Of a stretch of 34,060 bases of DNA, positions 24,335-34,060 are shown in pieces (within the stretch, counting starts at the first letter, position 1; each line of letters opens with the position of its first letter). Source of the DNA: Nemertoderma westbladi (Eukaryota > Animalia > Xenacoelomorpha); contig JAUCBJ010005620.1 in the NCBI GenBank assembly GCA_032718475.1, forward strand, positions 1 through 34,060, in the 5' to 3' direction. Below the pieces are notes generated by a model. That model did no database searches. It worked only from the letters and a program-made list of their open reading frames with translations, and had not been told where the DNA came from. A program made the translations under genes and the position numbers.

Positions 24335-25042
24335 TTAGAAATAAAGAAGGATAAAGTTTTCTTCAGCCGTTAGGCCAGACTTTATTCCAGTGCGGTCTGC
24401 GGTCCCCCCCTAACTACTGTATAATACTCCACAGAGGAAACTTGTGCTCAATTGGCTAATATTTAGGGATGCAAGGCTATGCACCCTGGCCACGCAGCCA
24501 AGTGAATGCAAGGCTCGGATAACTGTTTATTTTAAAAACCAAACATTATAAACATAAAATCGAAGTATAAGCAACTGGTTTATGATTCTTTCAGCCACAC
24601 CACTTACAGACTTGCTGCCAACACACATCTCCCCCAGGGTGAGAGTGTGATAGACCTGGTATATGTACGATACGCTGATATTATACCAGAGATCCTCCCC
24701 ACCATCAAAGTGGAAACTAATCATCTGCGGAAACATCAACGTGTCGTTGTTATTATAGAATTTGACTATAGTATTCATTCATTTAATTCGGACCCAGCCG
24801 ACAACAGTAAAAAAAAAAAGTTAGCTGCACGTTAATAAGAAATAAAAAGCGAACAAAGTTTCACACACTGCACCAGTGATACAAAATATAGGATACAATA
24901 TATTCAAATTAAAAGGAAGAACAAAGCAGTTAAAATAGCCATGGATGGATGCAAATGAAAAAAAAAAAGAATTATGACCTCGGGGTTTGCTCTGCTTCCA
25001 AATGATGCAGAGTCATTAATACTGCACAGGGAACACAGTGTA

Positions 25043-27560
25043 TTACACAATACCGAAGTAGTCCCTAATTCTGGTTCTTTTTTCTGTGAGACTCAATGTT
25101 CTAAGATTAAATGTTTCTTCGATAAAGCTGGCCTTGGCCATATCACCAGTCAATGCTGGTCCGTGCGAGATACGATTCGTCAGGGACTTCTTGTCATAGC
25201 GGTACATCAATAGTGACTCAAGCTGTGGAAGGGGAAAGATAGATAGCGCTCTTAAAAAAGAGTTTAGCACTCCCCGATACCGTGACCCAGAGGTTCCATC
25301 GAGACTAGCAACAGAGCAGTTAATAAACGATCCCTGTAAAGCCTTGCTGGGACAATCTATAATTCGCACCATGGTTCCCACCGCTTGTCGCATCGCTTCC
25401 ACTGATAAGCCATTGATGCTCATAAGGTGCTCCAGTGTGGCGTTGCTAACATAGCGCCCAATGTAGAGTAAGCTGCACAGATCATTTTGAAGAGGACTGG
25501 TGAGAGGAGTGATCCCTGTTTCAGGCCTCTACAAACATGGATGCCTATAGCATCTACATCACTGCCAAACTTGAGAAAATAGAGGCTTCTGGTGTAATAG
25601 TTAAGGACAGTAGCGACAATGTGAGGGTTTATTCCACACTCCAGCATTTTGCAGCCCAGAACGTTATAGTCATCATTGTCGAATGCTGACTCTATATCAA
25701 GCTGACAGAGATATACTGACTTGTCCTTCATCTGCAGATGCTCAATGCACTCTAACATCGTTGCAATGACTACATCAGACCCAAATGTGACTACGGTAGG
25801 CTGTCTGGTTCTCATGGAGATCTATGCTGCTAAGGAAGCTCTTCAGCACAACATGTTCAAAAAATTTGGCCCAAATGCTGATTGATGATATTGGGCGATA
25901 CGATTTAGGAGAGTAAACATCCCGATGCTTGCCCTTATAGAGGCTTGTCAGAACCGAATGTCCAAATATACTAGGAACTTTCTTCAGCATGAAGGGGAGG
26001 TTGAACACAATTGCTAAGATTTCACATATTGGCTCTGGATTCAAATGTAGCAAATGCTCAATAGTGAGCGAAGAGTTATCAGGGGCTTTCCCCGTAGATA
26101 GTGCTGCAATTGCTCTCTTCACTGTCAGTGAGGATATTTGTGGCACCACTGAGTTTGCACATGCCAAGTCCATGTCAGTCTGTAGTTCATCACTCAACTT
26201 GGAGGCATTGATGGAAAAGTTTCTCACATAACTATCGCGCAGCTTATCTTCCATCGAGGGAGGTATACCATTTCCGTTTGATTTATTTACCTTTGCCCAA
26301 AAGTATTTCGGATTTGAGTTGAATTTGTTGGCCCATTTACGTGTTGATTGTGCGACTGAGTTTTTAGAGAGAAAATATTTGATCCGCCTTGTACGTCGTT
26401 TTGACTCCTTGAACACTGTAGCAAGGGGGTGTTCATTGCCTTTTCCTTCTTCACTCCATAGTTGGTACAATTGTTGTGTTGTTTTCGAACTCTGGTGTAG
26501 AATTTTGGACCGAATTCTTATGTTTTTTATTCCAGTCTTTCGCTTTGCTACTGGAATATTCTGAATTGCAGCATCATGAATTGCAGACTGTATGTTCTCC
26601 ATCACACCATCGAGACTTGCAGTAGGAGGTTTTCCGCCTAGTTCATATTTTATTTTATGGATATTCTCTAATAGAAGTGTGTCAACAGCAACTTTATATC
26701 TTTCCTTTTTGGCTTCAGTTGCTTTTGCCCAGTTAAATTTCATGATTTTCCTCCTTGTGGTTGGCTTCACCTTCTGCCCTGAATGGTCATTGTTGAACAT
26801 AACCGAAAATGTCGCAATTACTGGTACGTGATCTGAGTAGTTACTACTAGGATCTTCTTCATATATGCAGCCATCTTTTATCAAAACCATGTTTAACATT
26901 GGAGTCAATATGTGGTCAATATATGACTGACCACCGTTGTGTCCATAAAACGTTGTAACTGGCCCTGTGAACTGCTTGTGAGTATCAATGGCCCTTAAAT
27001 TATTATCATTTAGAAAAGAGTTAAGAATCCGACCTCTGTATGATGGTTTCTCAGAGAGGAATCTGTTTCCCTGTAGACTACCAAGATCAGCATTGGCATC
27101 AGTGAGGGTGATGGGGATGCATGCTGAATACTGCTCCAGTAACCCATAGAGGCAGCCCAGGAACTCATCGTAGACTTCTTGAGGTTTTCCCGAATCTGGG
27201 GCATAGACTGAAAGAATTAAAAATGGCTCGTTTGAGGAGTGAAGATGAGCAATTACAATTACGCCAACAATATTATCTCCAGATTTCACTTCACTGAAAC
27301 TATTCCCTTTAACCTTCCTCATATAAATGGCTACACCACCTGCACCACGTATACGGTTAGGATTTCCCATTAAGTGGCTTACTAAATATATACAGTTGAA
27401 GTTGGCATCCAGTTGACACATTGATTCTTTGCACTCCATGTCACGAGCCAGTGTTCCTGGAGGCCTAGAAAATCACAGCTGGTTAAGAGCTCAGCAATGT
27501 ATTTAGAGTTTGCCGCAAATCCATGGGTATTAAAAGTGCACAACCGCAGCTGTTCTTCCA
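25043..27560 (-). pseudogene. Retrotransposon ORF2 (APE + RT), frameshifted, with no YADD motif found
   Basis: LCTFNTHG..LQEHWL, GGVAI, VYAP, DANA, SYIDHI, NYSDHVP; SYRPIS, LDIESAFD, GLKQGSLLSPVLF; shifts near 27440 and 25800. Confidence 0.88.
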
Positions 27561-27577
27561 AACCACATTCAGCGGTG

Positions 27578-30500
27578 TTAGTCTTGGTGAAAGGGCTGGT
27601 GGGCCTGCGGTCTATCTCTATACCCTGAATTGACTGCATTGTGGTACTGATCACTTTGCTCCATGTGGTGGTTAACTTGGTGGATATGTCGAGGATGGTA
27701 GATCCAGTCCCGACATGTTATTCCTCTTGACCAGAAACCAGGTACTTTTAGATTATCACCGATCCCTGAATCCACTGATATCTTCATATTCCCAGAGTCT
27801 CTGGAATTACGTGTTGTTATACGGTGGGTAGTTATACGATGATAATTTAAGTAATCAACTATATCATCCTCAGAGTACTCAAATGGCACACCGCTGATAA
27901 AGACAGTTGTTTGTTTTGATAATTGTTCGGAGCAGCTCTGTTTGTTTGAGCCCTGTTTTAATTCATTAGGTTCGTGTTGCTTGTTGATGATATGATGCTA
28001 TCTATGATGATCTATGATGCCTGATACTTCTGGCAGGACTGGAGTGTCTATGTGTACCCAGTTCAACCCTGTTGATTTACGATTATTTGTTCTAGAGCTT
28101 GAGTTCTCAATCCTTGAACCAGTAACTTGCTTTGCATAAAGCTGATTTGGAATTGCCTTTAAGTACTGTGAATTTGAAATTGTAGCTGCATTGTCTGCTT
28201 CATCTGGGAGTAGAGGGGTAAATCTGTTGTTTGTTTGTCCCACCAATTTGGGAGGGCAACCAGCAGAAAAATCCTTTCTTTGATAACTTCTCCGCCTGGA
28301 AGTGATGGACCAGTCCAAATCGTTTGGCTTGGCATCATGATTGCCGTGGTGAGGTTGATCTCTTGGATTGGTTGGTGTGCTTTCCCCTGCTGATATAGAA
28401 TCAATGATAAGGTACTCGTCTTGGGAGCCTACTTGAGTCTTCTTTCGTTTGCCAGTCATTTCCCCACTGCTTCGACCTGAAGGTTCACATGCTTGCAGTT
28501 GTCCTTCTGGCCTAGTAATTTTTTGTTCCAAGATCATTCGTTGGTGGCATTCTATACTAAGTTCATCTTGGAAATCTCCATATTTCTCTTTTAAGGAACA
28601 ATTCTCAGTTTCGATGAGGCCAAGATGTGCCTGCAATGTGGAAACAGCTGTAATGAGGTCATTCCTAATGCCCTCTAAAGTGATCCCCGTTGTATTCGAG
28701 TCAACCTTCCGTAAGTGTCTACGGCAGGCCTTTGAGATAGCCCCTGTTGAGAGACAGCATATAAGCTCAAATATGTCTGTTGCTAGAGGAGTGGCAGCTG
28801 AGCGGTGTTGTAGTTTTAGGGTTACTGACTGTAGTGGGGACATAATTTTCTGCAGAGAGTCGAATAATTGTTGTCGAATTATCATGTTCTCTTCTTGGTG
28901 GTTTCTCAACAGAATATTTATTGCATCTTTTCGTGTATGCTGCAGAATTCCACACAGTTCACTAAAGCCAGCTGGAGCCGGTTGAGGTGTATTGTCATCT
29001 AAGGTTCCATTGTCCCCATCAATATCACCAAATTCATCATTAAACCCTGGTACATACATGAAATCGAAGATAACGTCTTTATGATGCACAATCTTCATAT
29101 CTGAAAGACAGTTTTTAATCCATTGTCTACAGGATGTGCTGTCTTTATGGATTTTAGATACAGTGTTTAGATTTTGAGCAATGGCCAATACATACAGACA
29201 CACATACGCGCCACAGTCCCATGTATTATTTTGCTTGGGGAAACTCTTCGAACGTTCGGTGCTGGTTCACCCTATTGTATAGGTCAATGTGGTTCAAGAG
29301 GTTGCCTATCTCGACAGTTGTTTTAGATGGTGTATTAGACGATGGCATAGAGTTCAGCATGTATACTGTTTTATGATTGGTGTCCGCAACATGTAAGACC
29401 CAATGGTGGTTGGTGCATTCTGGGAAAAACATCAGCTGTGTTTCTGTTTTTTTTGCAGGAACTCAAGTAATGACGTGCAGCATACTTTATGGCACACAGC
29501 TTGTCATAGTTAGGATTTTGCAGCGTTGTGAGGACACCCATAATCGAAGCGGTGTTTGGTAAAGCAATACTAATTATAGACAGAAAACTGTCAATAACAT
29601 TGTCGTCAATCCATGACTTCCCATTTAATGTTTCCATTGATGACCACAAAGGGTCGACAGGTCCCAATGGGTCAGTAGGTAAAACTGACAGATATTCCTG
29701 CATTAGACGAACTAATATCTTACCTGATAAAGGTTGCTGTGAGCTGTCCGGGTGCACCATATAAACAGATTTATTGGATTCATCATTCAATTTGTTTTTC
29801 ACCGTTTCTGATTTAATAGGGTGGAAAAAGTGAGTTATTATAGTATCTTTAGACTTTTTATTACTCGGTTTGGGACTTCGTAGCAGCCAGCGGCCATCCT
29901 CCTGCAGATCTTCTACTATTGGGCGGTTGAATGGCAAAGCATCAGGATTTAGTGTGGTGGTGCGAATGACATCCCGGCCTAGGTTCATTGCTGTATGGAT
30001 GCCCAGTCTCGCCTGGGCTGGGACATCTGGATAGGCAGCAGTTGTACCTGTAATAGAACCACTACCATTATCTATACATTTTGTTGTAGGTGAGCCTGCT
30101 GATCTATTACATCCCACAGTTACAGATTCTTTTATGGATTTATCAATCAGCTGGACATCCTCCTGGCTAGAGGTCATTGCTGTATGGATGCCCGGGGTTC
30201 ATCTAGCCAGTGGACCACGCAAAGGAAACTCTGGTGTAATGGAGATATCAATAGTGTCAGATGGTATACTACATATCACTTGGCCTAAATAGACAATATC
30301 CACCGGTTTATTGTCAATGATTGGCTGATCCATTGGAGGTATATCAGGCTGATCCATGGGACGTTTATCATGCTGATCCACAGGTTTACGGGAGGTATCG
30401 AGCTGATCCACAGGTTTACTGGTGGTATCAGACAGATCCACAGGTTTACGGGAGGTATCGAGCTGATCCACAGGTTTACTGGTGGTATCAGACAGATCCA

Positions 30501-31458
30501 CAGGTTTACGGGAGGTATCTAGCTGATCCACAGGTTTACGGGAGGTATCGAGCTGATCCACAGGTTTACTGGGTGGTATCAGACAGATCCACAGGTTTAC
30601 GGGAGGTATCGAGCTGATCCACAGGTTTACTGGAGGTATCTAGCTGATCCACAGGTTTACTGGAGGTATCTAGCTGATCCACAGGTTTACGGGAGGTATC
30701 GAGCTGATCCACAGGTTTACTGGAGGTATCTAGCTGATCCACAGGTTTACTGGAGGTATCTAGCTGATCCACAGGTTTACGGGAGGTATCGAGCTGATCC
30801 ACAGGTTTACTGGGTGGTATCAGACAGATCCACAGGTTTACGGGAGGTATCGAGCTGATCCACAGGTTTACTGGAGGTATCTAGCTGATCCACAGGTTTA
30901 CTGGAGGTATCTAGCTGATCCACAGGTTTACGGGAGGTATCGAGCTGATCCACAGGTTTACTGGTGGTATCAGACAGATCCACAGGTTTACGGGAGGTAT
31001 CGAGCTGATCCACAGGTTTACTGGAGGTATCTAGCTGATCCACAGGTTTACGGGAGGTATCGAGCTGATCCACAGGTTTACTGGGTGGTATCAGACAGAT
31101 CCACAGGTTTACGGGAGGTATCGAGCTGATCCACAGGTTTACTGGATGTATCAAGCTGATCCACAGGTTTACTGGAGGTATCTAGCTGATCCACAGGTTT
31201 ACTGGAGGTATCTAGCTGATCCACAGGTTTACAGGAGGTATCGAGCTGATCCGCTGGTTTACTACAAGTATCGACCAGATCCACAGGTTTACTGGAGCTA
31301 TCGACCAGATCCACAGGTTTACTGGAGCTATCGTGCTGATCCACTGGTTTACTGGAGGTATCTAGCTGATCCGCAGGTTTACTGGAGGTATCAAGCTGAT
31401 CCACAGGTTTACTCGAGGTATCAAGCTGATCCACAGGTTTACTCGATGTTAAAGACAT
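27578..31458 (-). pseudogene. Retrotransposon ORF1 (frameshifted): 10-aa repeats, Ulp1/C48 protease, coiled coil, RRM-like C-terminus
   Basis: WIDDNVID; FFPECTNHHWVLHV; YMLNSM; PKQNNTWDCGAYVC after a 1-nt shift at CCCC ~29238; heptads LEGIRNDL..LKEKY; VFISGVP...FWSRGITCRDW. Confidence 0.75.
30372..31447 (+). repeat. 30-bp minisatellite, ~36 copies, in the retroelement 5'/ORF1 region
   Basis: GCTGATCCACAGGTTTACTGGAGGTATCTA; reads SKPVDQLDTS on the minus strand. Confidence 0.95.
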
Positions 31459-31599
31459 ACTGACTAACAATGACTGTTCTGACTGACTGACTGACTGACT
31501 GTTCTCTAATGGCAGACTACTGAAACGAACTGGCTTAAACTACAACAGGTCAATAGGATTATTTTATTGAGCCTATGTAAATGTTAAACAACAATAAAA

Positions 31600-31950
31600 T
31601 ATACTAAAAGAAGCTCTCTCCTACTTTTTAGTTCAAATAACACGTTTACTCAACTAATGTTTAAGTATGGGCAAATTACCCTCCAGCTGGCGTGAAAGTT
31701 TCATAAAAATTCTGTATAAAGGGAAAGGTACACTTACGGATCCGGACAGGGGAATAGGGGAATAGCTCTAACTTCAGTTATGCTGAAGATCTTAACCTCA
31801 ATAATTTTAACTGACTGTAGAATAATAATTACAAATGTTAGAAATCAAATAGCAGAACACCAACATGGTTTCCAACCCGGTAAACCAACTGTACAAGCAA
31901 TAGTTCAATTACTTAATGATATGCACAACACTTTTCGGCCGACCGTCCTA
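31600..31950 (+). pseudogene. Degenerate LINE reverse transcriptase N-terminal fragment
   Basis: GKLPSSWRESFIKILYKGKG..DP..RGIALTSVMLKILT...EHQHGFQPGKPT; stop codon and frameshift present. Confidence 0.8.
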
Positions 31951-32016
31951 AAAAATAGTTGTTGTTTTGTTGTCATTAAAAAAAAGCCTTTGTTACCGTT
32001 TCTCGTCTTTATACTA

Positions 32017-32232
<216 letters not shown>

Positions 32233-32293
32233 TTAATTAATTACCCTACAGTTAGATGTTGTAGTAACTACTAATCTCTGGATAAACGGCTGT

Positions 32294-33603
32294 ATGTGGG
32301 ACGAAGGCGTGGGACGGGGTTCATGGGACGTAGGCGTGGGACGGGGTTTATGGGACGTAGGCGTGGGACGGGGTTTATGGGACGTAGGCGTGGGACGGGG
32401 TTTATGGGACGTAGGCGTGGGACAGAGGCGTGGGACGGGGTTTATGGGACGTAGGCGTGGGAGAGGGTTTGTGGGACATAGGCGTGGGACGGGGTTAATG
32501 GGACGTAGGCGTGGCACGGGGTTTATGGGACGTAGGCGTGGGACGGGGTTTATGGGACGTAGGCGTGGGACGGGGTTTATGGGACGTAGGCGTGGGACGG
32601 GGTTTATGGGACGTAGGCGTGGCACGGGGTTTATGGGACGTAGGCGTGGGACGGGGTTGATGGGACGTAGGCGTGCGATGGGGTTTATGGGACGTAGGCG
32701 TGGGGCAGAGGCGTGGGACGGGGTTTTGGGGACGTAGGCGTGGCACGGGGTTTATGGGACGTAGGCGTGGGACGGGGTTGATGGGACGTAGACGTGGGAT
32801 GGGGTTTATGGGACGTAGGCGTGGGGCAGAGGCGTGGCACGGGGTTTATGGGACGTAGGCGTGGGGCAGAGGCGTGGGACGGGGTTTTGGGGACGTAGGC
32901 GTGGCACGGGGTTTATGGGACGTAGGCGTGGGACGGGGTTGATGGGACGTAGGCGTGGGATGGGGTTTATGGGACGTAGGCGTGGGGCAGAGGCGTGGCA
33001 CGGGGTTTATGGGATGTAGGCGTGGGACGGGGTTTATGGGACGTAGGCGTGGGACGGGGTTTATGGGACGTAGGCGTGGGACGGGGTTTATGGGACGTAG
33101 GCGTGGGACGGGGTTTATGGGACGTAGGCGTGGGATGGGGTTTATGGGACGTAGGCGTGGGGCGGGGTTTATGGGATGTAGGCGTGGGACGGGGTTTATG
33201 GGACGTAGGCGTGGGACGGGGTTCATGGGACGTAGGCGTGGGACAGGGTTTATTGGACGTAGGCATGGGATGGGGTTTATGGGAGGTAGGCATGGGACGG
33301 GGTTAATGGGACGTAGGCGTGGGACGGGGTTTATGGGACGTAGGCGTGGGACGTAGGCGTGGGACGGGGTTTATGGGACGTAGGCGTGGGACGTTGGCGT
33401 TGGACGTATGCGTGGGACGTAGGCGTGGGATGTAGGCGTGGGATGTAGGCGTGGGATGTAGGCGTAGGACGGGGTTTATAGGATGTAGGCGTGGGACGCA
33501 GGCGTGGGACGGGGTTTATGGGATGTAGGCGTGGGACGGGGTTTATGGGATGTAGGCGTGGGACGTATGCGTGGGACGTAGGCGTGTGACGTAGGCGTGG
33601 GAC
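32294..33603 (+). repeat. 27-bp G-rich minisatellite filling most of a VCP intron
   Basis: GGGACGTAGGCGTGGGACGGGGTTTAT with 13-14-bp subunit variants. Confidence 0.95.
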
Positions 33604-33691
33604 ATGATATATGTGAAATGAGAGAATTATAAGGCACACCTTCCACAACAAGATACTTTATATTATCTCATCTAACGCTGAAAAGCGATTA

Positions 33692-34012
<321 letters not shown>

Positions 34013-34060
34013 TTAAGGGTTTCTGGGGTGGGGGGGAAGGGGGTATGGGGTGGGGGGTAT

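Larger units (their letters stand above)
24772..31500 (-). mobile_element. Near full-length, frameshifted APE-type non-LTR retrotransposon (Proto2/RTEX-like, tentative) in a VCP intron, sense to VCP
   Basis: ORF1-like region then APE-RT ORF2; ATTAAA plus (TGAA)n tail at ~24788-24772; 5' boundary and TSD not identified. Confidence 0.85.

Noticed and set aside
32233-33651. Arg/Gly-rich and Pro/Thr-rich ORFs
   Set aside because: Translations of the 27-bp intronic repeat; VCP exons join correctly without them

Overview
Eukaryotic (animal, probably invertebrate) genomic DNA. All host genes are on the minus strand. The 3' half of a VCP/p97/CDC48 gene has five coding exons visible (33955-15429), with GT-AG junctions that can be joined in frame. 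Downstream lies a very compact trio of intronless, co-oriented housekeeping genes: TMEM167/kish (7565-7350), ANAPC13 (7189-6971) and EMC4 (6692-6132). They are only 160 and 278 bp apart, and the spacers hold unpaired splice acceptors, which suggests a eukaryotic operon or polycistronic unit. About a third of the window is unrelated 27-63 bp minisatellites. One of them is a 51-bp amplification of a VCP exon end plus its splice donor. Mobile DNA includes a three-level nest of non-autonomous DNA transposons, a Harbinger remnant, LINE fragments, and a tRNA-SINE joined directly to a 5'-truncated L2/Crack-type LINE within a putative shared TSD. A further ~6.7 kb APE-type non-LTR retrotransposon carries a Ulp1/SUMO-protease domain in ORF1. 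All family assignments are by eye from remembered motifs; no searches were run.
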